Source: an uncultured Chloroflexia bacterium
GTDB lineage: Bacteria > Chloroflexota > Dehalococcoidia > Dehalococcoidales > UBA2162
DNA: 64,000 nt
Direction: 5' to 3'
Assembly: GCA_963745605.1 (NCBI GenBank)
Contig: CAVUYC010000030.1
Span: 22,661 to 86,660 of the forward strand
Under the pieces are notes generated by a model. That model searched no databases. It was given only the letters and a program-made list of their open reading frames with translations, and was not told the DNA's origin. Position 1 is the stretch's first letter; each line of letters starts with the position of its first letter. Below, one piece after another: positions 1 to 8,269 of the stretch. A program made the translations under genes and the position numbers.

Positions 1-310
1 GGGACGCTCCACCCCAGACTCCTGCGTCGTCCCGATTCTATCGGGACTCCTCTGAGTGGTCACGGGAGGACCGAGTCTGCAAATGAGATTGCTTCGTCGC
101 CTTCTCCGGCATGCCTACGGACGTTCCTCGCAAAGACGAGGAGAAAACCCCAGGGCGCGCGTCCTTTGACGAACTCAGGGTGAACTTTCAGCTCAGGATG
201 ACTCTTCGACAAGCTCAGGATGAGCGGTGCGTAACGGCAAGGTGAAAATTGGCGCCCCTCACGGTGACCTGCGAAATTCGCCTGAGCCGCTCATGGTGAG
301 CCTGTCGAAC
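1..310. repeat. Cluster of short palindromic / dispersed-repeat-like elements (non-coding)
   Basis: Hairpin GTCCCGA-TTCTA-TCGGGAC at 29..47. Three degenerate head-to-tail ~20-nt units at 165..185, 186..204 and 205..227 (core CTCAGGRTGA). Inverted copy of the third unit at 287..309 (20 of 23 positions complementary, 59-nt loop). No ORF of 60 aa or more. Confidence 0.6.
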
Positions 311-317
311 CAGTCGG

Positions 318-500
318 CTACTTGTCCAGCTGACTGGCCACCTTCACCAGTATTTTCCCCAGCCTCTTGTGTCCGGCTTTGCGGTACCACTTGTTGAACC
401 ACCTGGCCGTTACCAGAAGCTGGTCGTTGGGGATATTCTCCAGGTCCTTTTCGGCCTCGTTGGCCGCGTTATCCATTGCTTGCATGCTATCTTCGGGCAT
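318..500 (-). CDS. Small hypothetical protein (60 aa)
   Basis: ATG ORF with GGAGG 9 nt upstream (510..514) and an extended -10-like TGATATAAT further upstream (583..591, minus strand). No family recognised. Confidence 0.5.
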   Translation of the reverse strand: MPEDSMQAMDNAANEAEKDLENIPNDQLLVTARWFNKWYRKAGHKRLGKILVKVASQLDK

Positions 501-582
501 TTAGAAAAGCCTCCGTGTAAACGGTGTTTAGATTTCTTGTTGAGCGTCTTTGTGTCGCGACCGGCCAGTCCAGATGAGGGCG

Positions 583-591
583 ATTATATCA
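583..591 (-). promoter_or_regulatory. Candidate extended -10 promoter element (TGATATAAT)
   Basis: Exact TATAAT preceded by TGn on the minus strand, about 80 nt upstream of the 318..500 ORF. Confidence 0.4.
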
Positions 592-942
592 CCCAACACC
601 AGCCCCATATTCCGCGGGCGACTTGCAGGCGAGTTCCCAAGTCAGGCCCCAACTCTAGACCAGTGTTCTCTTTTTCCCGTGGATTGCCTTGACCGTGCCA
701 GTTGCATACGGTTGTGTCGCCGGCAAGGGGCTACTCCGCGAACTGCCCAATAGTACGTACCTCCAAACTCCAGCGTCTCACCGCACGCTGGGCCTGTTTG
801 CCCTGTGTTGCGCATCACGCTAATGGTCTTGAACGTAGGGTCGTCGGAGATACGAGTCATGCACTCTGTCGCTGACCTGGTGACCGAGATAAGGGCGCCA
901 GTTTGCCACCACAACTGGGCCGGTGAGGGGGTCAGGTCACTT

Positions 943-1648
943 TCATTGAAACGGGAATTCGAGAATGTTCTTGTTCGCCTTGAAGCAGTCGTAGCAAGCC
1001 GGCCTATTGATGGTAGATTTGTTCGGCTTGCCGCACACGTGACAATGCTTCTCCTCGCGCTCATTGTCTCCGGACTTCTTCCATGTCTTGTAGCAGTCTC
1101 TGCAATAGGGCGACTTGGGATCCAGCTTTATCTCTGTGTGACAGCCGATGCAGAACCCAGAGGGCGTTGATGACTTCAGAGGTTTGTCTTCGGTCTTCAG
1201 GAATTTGGGCCACCGTGATTTGGATCTCGTCGCTCATTCTGACCATTCGCATGGCTTCGTCATATATCTTGTGATAGAGATCGGCGTCGGATGTCTTGTC
1301 CACGTAGATTCCCATCTCAAGATTGTTGACTTGGGAAAAATCATACAGGTTCATTGAAGTGACGATGGCCTCCTTCTCATTGAGGTAGCATTTGGCGTGA
1401 AGATTCCGGCAATAATATGATTTGACCTCGCGCAACGATTTGAGCCAGTTGAGTTCGGCGGGCTGAAGATCGTTTTTGCCGTAGACTAGCCTCACGTCGG
1501 TCTTTAGCCGGTTTTGATCTTCCAGCGATTGTTTTATGCGCTCATTCATCTTGAGATAGGGGCTTATGAGGATCAGCTTCTCTCGGCTGTTGTTTATGAT
1601 CTGCTGCAGGCGATAGGAAACGCCTGTGGTATCCAAGAATTCGGCCAT
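943..1648 (-). pseudogene. PLD-family (HKD) nuclease with C-terminal double zinc ribbon; reading frame broken once
   Basis: N-terminal ORF 1061..1648 carries the HKD signature (NLHAKCYLNEKEAIVTSMNL). A second minus-strand frame stays open from ~1228 to the stop at 943..945 and encodes PKFLKTEDKPLKSSTPSGFCIGCHTEIKLDPKSPYCRDCYKTWKK...HCHVCGKPNKSTINRPACYDCFKANK, two CxxC-n-CxxC ribbons. The frames join if one base is removed near the GGG at 1207..1209. Confidence 0.8.
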
Positions 1649-1918
1649 ATCTGATCTCCTAGTCCCCAGTGAGTTCGAGTGACGTGAAGATGTTACACGA
1701 AGGTAAGTGGGCGATCAAATCATGTGGACCGCATGGGCGTGATCGTTTAAACGCGGGAGATCGAGCCTCAATGGACTCCCTCCTTTTTCCCGCGCAATTA
1801 TCTGGCTGTATCCAGAGCCCCCAGGAAATCAGGCCTTCGATTGTCTTTAACCCGTCCGGCTCTTATCAAGTACCGTTGGACCTGTTACCATTTCTGAGGC
1901 ATCGTCCGGGGGTCAGTT

Positions 1919-3137
1919 ATGACTTTAGGTACCGAAATGGTTGCCGATTTCGCAGTGATTATGATCATCGCTGCTGCGGTGACCTACATCTTTCACCGCC
2001 TCAAGCAACCACTCCTTCTGGGTTATCTGATCGCGGGAATCATCATTGGCCCTTACACCCCGCCCTTCAGTCTGGTGAAAAGGCTGGATGTGGTCGAAGC
2101 CGCCGCCGGCCTTGGCGTAATTCTCCTGCTTTTTGCCGTCGGTCTCGAGTTCCCCATTTCGAGGCTCAGGTCTATAGGACTTAAAGTCTACTTCGGGATC
2201 TCGATTATTGAGATTGCGCTCATGTTTCTCATCAGCTACGGAGTCGGCTGGCTTCTGCATTGGCCGCGCATGGATTCTCTCTTTCTTGCCGCGGCGCTCT
2301 CGAGCAGCAGCACGGTGATCATCGCAAAAGTGCTCCGGGATATGGGCAAGATGAGGGACATTTCCGCAACCGTGATGATGGGGGTGCTGGTCGCTGAAGA
2401 CCTCATTGTGGTCGTGATGCTGGCCGTAATCACCTCGGTTGTTGGCGCCAGTTCCTCCTCCTTCCCGGATATTTCCTGGACGCTGGGGAAGGCGCTGCTT
2501 TTCTTTGTTGGCGTATCGCTTATAGGGATTCTGCTGGTGCCAAGGATCATTGACTGGGTCTCGCACCCAGGGCATGATGCACCGGCCGAGCATGACGAGG
2601 TACTGGTTCTGGCTGCACTCGGCATCTGCTTTGCCCTGTCCGTGATCGGCAACGCCTTCGGATTGTCCATGGCGATAGGGGCCTTCCTGGCAGGAGTCTT
2701 CATCGCCGGCTCAAGGGCATCAACCCGCGTTCGCGACCCTGATTTCTTCGGTCAAAGACATGTTTGCGGCGATGTTCTTCGTGTCCATGGGGGCCTTCAT
2801 CAACATCACCCAGTTCCAGATTTTTCTCGTTCCGGCTCTAATCGTTACCGGAGTGATGCTGGTTGGCAAAGTGTTCGGCTGTGGATTTGGAGCTAAGCTC
2901 GTCGGCTATGATAGCTCGACGGCCTTGAAGGTGGGACTCGGTATGGGGCAAATTGGCGAGTTCGCCTTCATCGTGGCTAAGGCCGGCCAGGACCTGCAAG
3001 TGATAAGCCCTTTTCTCTTTCCGACCATCGGCGTAGCGGTAGCGATAACAGCATTCCTCTCACCGTATATGATAAGGCTTAGCTACAAGATCGATCCGGG
3101 CAGGTTCCCTGCCCCTTTGAGACAAGTCTTCCAATAA
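1919..3137 (+). pseudogene. Cation:proton antiporter (CPA2 / Kef-NapA type), frame broken once
   Basis: ORF 1919..2896 is a multi-TM CPA2 N-half (GYLIAGIIIGP, LLLFAVGLEF). ORF 2760..3137 continues it in another frame (KDMFAAMFFVSMG...). The frames join if one base is removed in 2720..2745. Confidence 0.85.
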
Positions 3138-3152
3138 AAGCGGGACTACTCA

Positions 3153-3234
3153 GGTTGCGACCTGCGGTTGCGTCCTGCGGTTGCGACCTGAGTTGTGACC
3201 GTGGGTGTGACCTATGTCACAGCCTGAGCCTGAG
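3153..3234. repeat. Tandem 12-13-nt repeat array ending in a palindrome
   Basis: GGTTGCGACCTGC (3153..3165), GGTTGCGTCCTGC (3166..3178), GGTTGCGACCTGA (3179..3191), GTTGTGACCGTG (3192..3203), GGTGTGACCTAT (3204..3215). Palindrome TGTGAC-CTAT-GTCACA at 3206..3221, then GCCTGAGCCTGA. Confidence 0.8.
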
Positions 3235-3264
3235 AATCAGTGCTACATTTTTCGGGTGCGATTT

Positions 3265-3272
3265 TGTATGAT
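3265..3272 (+). promoter_or_regulatory. Candidate extended -10 (TGTATGAT) for the peroxiredoxin-rubrerythrin operon
   Basis: TGn + TATGAT lies 46 nt upstream of the ATG at 3318. GAGGAGG Shine-Dalgarno at 3301..3307. Confidence 0.4.
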
Positions 3273-3317
3273 GTCGCCATCCGGTAACGGTCAAAGCAAC
3301 GAGGAGGAAGCCCGAAA

Positions 3318-3785
3318 ATGATTGAGCTGGCTAGCAAGGCACCTGACTTCACTCTCAAAGATCACAACGGCAAAACAGTTAAACTCTCGGCATTCAAAGG
3401 CAAGAAGGTACTACTTTCGTTCAGACCATTGGCCTGGACAACGGTCTGCCACGACCAGATGATGTCCCTCGAGATGAACCACACTCGATTTGACGACTTG
3501 AACGCCGTCGCTCTGGGTATCGGTGTGGACTCAGCGCCGTCCAACAAAGCCTGGGCGGATTCGATGGGCATTAAGAATACAAGGCTGTTGGCTGACTTCT
3601 GGCCGCATGGGGCCGTGGCCAAAGCGTATGGGGCCTTTAGAGAAGCGGACGGCTTTGCGGAGAGGGCAAATATTATCGTCGATCAGGATGGGAAGGTGGT
3701 TTTTGCCAAAGTATATCCAACGGCACAGCTTCCCGATATCGAAGAAATACTCAAATTTCTGGCAGGAGGAAAAATCAGTGGGTAA
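3318..3785 (+). CDS. Peroxiredoxin (AhpC/TSA-Bcp-like thiol peroxidase)
   Basis: 155 aa with a thioredoxin-fold peroxiredoxin pattern: FTLKDHNGKTVKLSAFKGKKVLL, active-site WTTVC. Confidence 0.9.
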   Translation: MIELASKAPDFTLKDHNGKTVKLSAFKGKKVLLSFRPLAWTTVCHDQMMSLEMNHTRFDDLNAVALGIGVDSAPSNKAWADSMGIKNTRLLADFWPHGAVAKAYGAFREADGFAERANIIVDQDGKVVFAKVYPTAQLPDIEEILKFLAGGKISG

Positions 3786-4281
3786 TACCAACGAGAATCT
3801 GGCCGCAGCATTCGCAGGAGAGTCCCAGGCGAGCCGCAAGTACACCTACTTTGCCGAGAAGGCCGATCAAGAAGGGCACAAGCGCGTGGCACGGCTTTTC
3901 CGGGCCGCGGCGGAGGCTGAGACCGTCCACGCCCGCAACCACCTGAGGGTGATGAAGGGTATCGGGTCGACGGCCGAAAATCTGCGGGCGGCGATCGGCG
4001 GCGAGCATTACGAGTTCACCGAAATGTACCCTGAATTCATAAAGACGGCGAACACCGAAGCCAACAAGAAAGCGGCCGACAGCTTCGACCTGGCGAACAA
4101 GGTGGAGAAGATCCATCACACCCTTTACAACGACGCCCTTGGCAAGCTCGGAGAAGAGAAGGCCACTGAGGTCAAGACCTTCTACGTTTGCCAGGTGTGC
4201 GGCAACACCGTCGAAGGCGAGGCTCCGGACATGTGTCCGGTCTGCAATTCATCCAAGAAGGCGTTCAAAGCCGTCGAGTAG
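3778..4281 (+). CDS. rbr: Rubrerythrin
   Basis: GTG start overlaps the peroxiredoxin stop by 8 nt. Ferritin-like diiron helices (ESQASRKYTYFA, ETVHARNH, EHYEFTEMYPEF) plus a C-terminal rubredoxin-like CQVCG...CPVC. Confidence 0.9.
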   Translation: MGNTNENLAAAFAGESQASRKYTYFAEKADQEGHKRVARLFRAAAEAETVHARNHLRVMKGIGSTAENLRAAIGGEHYEFTEMYPEFIKTANTEANKKAADSFDLANKVEKIHHTLYNDALGKLGEEKATEVKTFYVCQVCGNTVEGEAPDMCPVCNSSKKAFKAVE

Positions 4282-4310
4282 TCTGGTCAGCAGGGCAGCG
4301 GTAGCTATGA

Positions 4311-4344
4311 AGTGGCGGGCCGCCAGGAGGCCCGCCACTTTTTG
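4311..4344 (+). terminator. Intrinsic terminator after rubrerythrin
   Basis: AGTGGCGGGCC / GGCCCGCCACT stem (4311..4321 / 4329..4339) followed by TTTTT. Confidence 0.7.
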
Positions 4345-4601
4345 TTTGTTTGCCGGATCGCCTGGAAGCCGCAACCATTGCACAGCCTCATTCACGGATG
4401 TAATATTCCGTAGCCGAGATTGGCTGGGTCGCGGAGGAGAAGGGGGACGCGTTCAAGAACGAAAGGAGGTACTGTCGTGAAACTAAGTGGCACATGGATG
4501 GGAGTAGTTCGCGATCATTCTCGGTATCCTCGTTTTGGCATTGCCGGATCTGATCAGGTGGTTTGTCGGCGTTGGCCTGATCGTCCTCGGCGTCATGGCA
4601 C

Positions 4602-5054
4602 TTGTCCGAAAATAGACAGAATGGCACGGAGAATGAAGTAGTGACCAAATCAGAAATCATCGAGCTCATCAAAGCCAATCCTACGAGTTACATGGCTACG
4701 GTTGAGGGAAACAAGCCGCACGTGCGCGGTATGGGAATCTATGACGTTGATGAAAATGGCATCATCATCCAGACCTGGACGATCAAGGATATTCATCAAC
4801 AAATAGTCAAGAACCCCGAGGTCGAGCTTTGCTTCAATGACAGGAAGGCCGGAATTCAGGTGCGCATCAGCGGCAGGGCTGAAATCATCACCGATCTGGA
4901 GTTCAAGAAGAAGGTTGTGGAGAAGCGCCAGTTCATGAAGCCGACCGTGGAGAAGAAGGGATGGGATGTGGTGGCACTATATCGAGTGAGAGGCAAAGCC
5001 ACTGTCTGGACCATGGCGGCGAATTTCGACCCCAAGACATACGTCGACTTTTGA
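4602..5054 (+). CDS. Pyridoxamine 5'-phosphate oxidase-family FMN-binding protein
   Basis: Split-barrel PNPOx-like pattern (PTSYMATVEGNKPHVRGMG...VELCFND...QVRISGRAE). The start is uncertain: TTG at 4602 or GTG at 4641. Confidence 0.8.
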   Translation: MSENRQNGTENEVVTKSEIIELIKANPTSYMATVEGNKPHVRGMGIYDVDENGIIIQTWTIKDIHQQIVKNPEVELCFNDRKAGIQVRISGRAEIITDLEFKKKVVEKRQFMKPTVEKKGWDVVALYRVRGKATVWTMAANFDPKTYVDF

Positions 5055-5100
5055 TCCTGCATCGACTTGATAGTTGGCGATGTTGCAGCACCAGAATAGG

Positions 5101-5129
5101 GGCGTCCGGCTGAAGGCCGGACGCCTTTT
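5101..5129. terminator. Bidirectional intrinsic terminator between convergent genes
   Basis: GGCGTCCGGC-TGAAG-GCCGGACGCC followed by TTTT. Lies between the + gene ending at 5054 and the - gene ending at 5196. Confidence 0.7.
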
Positions 5130-5195
5130 GTGTGTGATTTGAAACCGCGTTGACGCCTTGGTCAATTTCTGAAGCGGATTCAGAATGTCCGCTGA

Positions 5196-5666
5196 TCACT
5201 GGCGTGACTGGCGAAAAGCAGATGGCGATACGGTCAGGACCGGAATGCGCGAGTGGCGCAGGACCTTCTCCGCCACGCTGCCGAGTAACCAGCGCGTGAC
5301 GCCCGACCTCCCGTGCGTGCTCATGATGATCAGATCAACCTTCTCTTTGTCAGCGAGGTCCACTATCCTATCGGCAGCCCTGCCTTCTTCAGTCATTGTC
5401 CGCGCCGAAATACCATCAGCGGCAAGCTTATCTCGCAGAGCATCGAGGTAGGCTTGCACCTTCAACCCGTTCTGCCGCTCCGCCTCGGCCACTACGTCCC
5501 TGCCCGATTTGAGGTCGGACACCGCTTCCTGATTGAAGATTGGCTCAATCACCCTCAGCAGGATTACCTCGGGTACGTTGCAGCCACGAGCGATCGCCTT
5601 AACGTGAGGTAAGCTGCATTCCGACAATTCCGATCCATCCAGAGGCACCAGTATCTTTGAATACAT
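5196..5666 (-). CDS. Universal stress protein (UspA family)
   Basis: MYSKILVPLDGSELSE ... DLIIMSTHGRSGVTRWLLGSVAEKVLRHSRIPVL, a typical Usp ATP-binding pattern. Confidence 0.9.
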   Translation of the reverse strand: MYSKILVPLDGSELSECSLPHVKAIARGCNVPEVILLRVIEPIFNQEAVSDLKSGRDVVAEAERQNGLKVQAYLDALRDKLAADGISARTMTEEGRAADRIVDLADKEKVDLIIMSTHGRSGVTRWLLGSVAEKVLRHSRIPVLTVSPSAFRQSRQ

Positions 5667-5704
5667 CTCTTACTCTCCGGCAGAATCGTGGCCGCCGGCC
5701 TCAT

Positions 5705-5932
5705 TCACTCCCGGTTTTTTCCCAGCCACATGCTGAAGATCAGCAGCACAATGATGGCGGCGGGAATGGTAAACGCCGCCAATATGGGAGACCGGTGCAC
5801 GGCGAAGGCCAGGCCCAATACGACAACTGCTCCGATGGCTATTTCGGGTGAGTCGCCGACAAGGAAATCTTGCCAGAACAGCAGGAAGCTTCTGATCCCT
5901 TTCCAGATCAACCTCATGACCTTGGCTATCAT
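5705..5932 (-). CDS. Small membrane protein (75 aa, two predicted TM helices)
   Basis: ATG (MIAKVMRLIW...) overlaps the stop of the upstream gene by 4 nt (5929..5932). The longer 114-aa version in the ORF track would overlap that gene by 120 nt. Confidence 0.55.
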   Translation of the reverse strand: MIAKVMRLIWKGIRSFLLFWQDFLVGDSPEIAIGAVVVLGLAFAVHRSPILAAFTIPAAIIVLLIFSMWLGKNRE

Positions 5933-6687
5933 GCCGGCGCCTCGTTGGATGACTGAGCCTTCAGCCGCCTCAGGTAGACGATGAGTCCGAGCGTGACGGC
6001 CAGGAAGATACCGAACAGCACGAAGAGGAAAGCATCGCCTCCCGGCCATGAGATCCCGGCGCCTTCACCCATCCAGAAGGTTCCGAAGATCGATAGCACC
6101 AGCCCTACCCCGACCTTCATGTAATGCTCCGGCAGCTTCGCCAGAGGACGCGCCGTCAAAGCGCCGATAGTGCCGATGACCACGACGGCAGCGAGCGCTC
6201 CCAGTGTACAAAGTCCCAATTGGCTGGCCGGGACGCCAAAACTGATCACGATGATGACGATCTCCATCCCTTCGAGAAACACGCCCTTAAAGCTGATGGT
6301 GAATGCCAGGGCATCGCGTCCCCCGCGCATGAAACCGGGGGACTTGGAAAGGGTGTTGACGTGCTTCTGATACAGCACCGTTTCGTCATGAAGCGCCTTG
6401 TAGCCCGAGCTGCGCAAAACGTTCTTGTATAGCCATTGGAGGCCGAAAATAAGGAGCAGGAGACCAACTACCAGCCGCAGGACGTTAATGGGCACATAGT
6501 TGACCAGGGCGGGTCCCAGAACGCCGACGATGGCGGCCAAAAGCAACAGCGCGACGGCGGCTCCCTCGAAAGTTGACCGCCACCCCCGGGTAATGCCTGA
6601 GGCCAGCAGAATGGTAATGGCCTCTACCACTTCTACGCACGATGCAAGAAAGACCGTGATGACCAGTACCAGTGTCGCAGTGCTCAA
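5929..6687 (-). CDS. Integral membrane protein with two homologous halves (COG4280-like, function unknown)
   Basis: 252 aa, TTG start. Halves align: FLASCVEVVEAITILLASG versus FKGVFLEGMEIVIIVISFG, each followed by hydrophobic helices. No UPF0016 ExGD(K/R)(T/S) motif. Confidence 0.7.
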   Translation of the reverse strand: MSTATLVLVITVFLASCVEVVEAITILLASGITRGWRSTFEGAAVALLLLAAIVGVLGPALVNYVPINVLRLVVGLLLLIFGLQWLYKNVLRSSGYKALHDETVLYQKHVNTLSKSPGFMRGGRDALAFTISFKGVFLEGMEIVIIVISFGVPASQLGLCTLGALAAVVVIGTIGALTARPLAKLPEHYMKVGVGLVLSIFGTFWMGEGAGISWPGGDAFLFVLFGIFLAVTLGLIVYLRRLKAQSSNEAPA

Positions 6688-6981
6688 GCTATGCCGTCCC
6701 CGTGTAAACGATGCCCCTCTGTGGAATCAAAAGCAGGAATGCTCACGCGTCGCCCGGACGCAGTTGCAGTCCCTTCCCTTTCGTCTTCAGCCGCGACCCG
6801 CAGTAATGCCGCTAAGACTATGATAGTACCCTTCGCGGCAGTTTGTTCAAAATCACCGCTAATAAACGTAACATTAACATTAGTTCCGCCTCAGCCGGCG
6901 AGCCGAACCAGACCATGGCCGCGCCTTGGGAACTATAATGTGCGATAGAGAATCGCTCTCTCATGAGGCCGGCGAGAAAGA

Positions 6982-7677
6982 ATGACGCAACCGCTGAAAT
7001 TGCCCTATCTCAGGAAGCTTGACGACCGCGGCGACTTTCGCGTCTGGATAGTGGACGGCGTATATATCCGGGGCCACCTAGACGAGGAATTCACCAACTT
7101 TGGCCAGCATTACCGTTATCCCTACATCCCGATGAACGAGCTGTGGATCGACCAGGCGGCAAAAGAGGACGAGCAGAGATTTTTCATCGATCACCTCCTG
7201 GTGGAGAGTCGCCTGATGGCAAAGGGTGTGACGTATGCCGAGGCCCTGACCAAGGCCGACCTGGAAGAGAGAAAGGAAAGGCGGAGGGCCGGCGACGTCC
7301 GGCGCCTTACTGAAAGCGGACAAAAACTGCCCGACGGCAAAGACGTCCACGAGCGGCTCTGGAAAAAGCTCGAAAGCGGACTGAGCGTGTGGATCGTCAG
7401 GGGACGCTTGGTACGCAGTGTATTTGATATCGATTTCACCGCAGGCGGCCACGACTATGTTTACGAGTTCGTGCCTCAAAAAGAGGTCTGGATCGACGAT
7501 GATATCGAGGAGCCGGAGCGGCCCTTCGTGTTGCTCCACGAGCTTCACGAGAGGAACAAGATGGCCACTGGTTGGCCGTACGACAAAGCTCACGCAGAGT
7601 CCAGCCGGCTTGAGTACCACTGCCGGCACCATCCCGATGAGCTCCACGATAAGCTGAGCATCGAGGGTTGGGCCTAG
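6982..7677 (+). CDS. Hypothetical protein with internal tandem domain duplication
   Basis: 231 aa. Repeat 1 is FRVWIVDGVYIRGHLDEEFTNFGQHYRYPYIPMNELWIDQ...FIDHLLVESRLM. Repeat 2 is LSVWIVRGRLVRSVFDIDFTAGGHDYVYEFVPQKEVWIDD...VLLHELHERNKM. TATAAT at 6934..6939 upstream. Confidence 0.7.
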   Translation: MTQPLKLPYLRKLDDRGDFRVWIVDGVYIRGHLDEEFTNFGQHYRYPYIPMNELWIDQAAKEDEQRFFIDHLLVESRLMAKGVTYAEALTKADLEERKERRRAGDVRRLTESGQKLPDGKDVHERLWKKLESGLSVWIVRGRLVRSVFDIDFTAGGHDYVYEFVPQKEVWIDDDIEEPERPFVLLHELHERNKMATGWPYDKAHAESSRLEYHCRHHPDELHDKLSIEGWA

Positions 7678-7742
7678 AGTCATCTCATTGCCTGCTCGGA
7701 CCCTGTCCGCCCTTCATACGGCCTGACGAAAAGCCGCCGCCG

Positions 7743-8048
7743 TCAGACGTTCACCAGTATCTGGCCGCCCTCGACCTTGACCTGATACGCAGGCTCCGAC
7801 TTCGTTGTTGGGCCTTTGATGAAGGTGCCGGTCTTGACATTGTACGTCGAGCCGTGACACGGACACTCTACGTTTTCGCCGGAGAGCGTTCCGTCGGTGA
7901 GCGTACATCCCATGTGCATGCAGACGTTCCCAATCGCATAGTATTGCCCTGCGATGTTGGCTACCAGAAGCTCCTTTCCAGCCGCGTCTACGCCTCGCAT
8001 GCCACCTGGTGAGAGGTCCTTTGCCTGAAGCACTTTCACGAACGCCAT
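7743..8048 (-). CDS. Rieske [2Fe-2S] domain protein (small ferredoxin type)
   Basis: CMHMGC ... CPCHGS Rieske ligand boxes. ATG at 8048 lies behind GGAGG; the track start at 8066 is a TTG inside that SD. Confidence 0.85.
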   Translation of the reverse strand: MAFVKVLQAKDLSPGGMRGVDAAGKELLVANIAGQYYAIGNVCMHMGCTLTDGTLSGENVECPCHGSTYNVKTGTFIKGPTTKSEPAYQVKVEGGQILVNV

Positions 8049-8269
8049 GTTAACGACTACCTCCAAGTTGATCTACATCTCTAATCTAGTATTTAGCACC
8101 TCGGCGGCACCGTGGACAGGCCAGGACTGTTACCTCCCGTTCCCTTGACACCCGCAGCCTTTGGTGATACGTTACCTTAATTATCGTTTTAGTCCACTTA
8201 AGCTGAGGGCAGGCTTTCCGAGAGCAAGGTAGTGGACGGCAGAGTATCGTAGAAGGACTTGGGAAACAG

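Noticed and set aside
501-942. Possible degraded gene between the PLD nuclease and the 60-aa ORF (three serially open minus-strand frames, e.g. MTRISDDPTFKTISVMRNTGQTGPACGETLEFGGTYYWAVRG)
   Set aside because: No start with an SD and no recognisable family. Open stretches of 35-70 codons arise by chance at this GC content, so I cannot support it without a homology search.
3153-3234. Possible CRISPR array
   Set aside because: The units are only 12-13 nt and directly abutting, with no spacers. No cas genes or leader are present. It is treated as a tandem repeat or operator array.
3523-3777. Upstream extension of the rubrerythrin ORF (252-aa version)
   Set aside because: It overlaps the peroxiredoxin gene out of frame. 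Rubrerythrin homology starts at the GTG at 3778, which overlaps the peroxiredoxin stop.
6688-6930. Riboswitch (for example a Mn2+ yybP-ykoY type) in the long leader of the two-repeat membrane protein gene
   Set aside because: I read the minus-strand leader and found no conserved riboswitch core sequences and no terminator-shaped hairpin.
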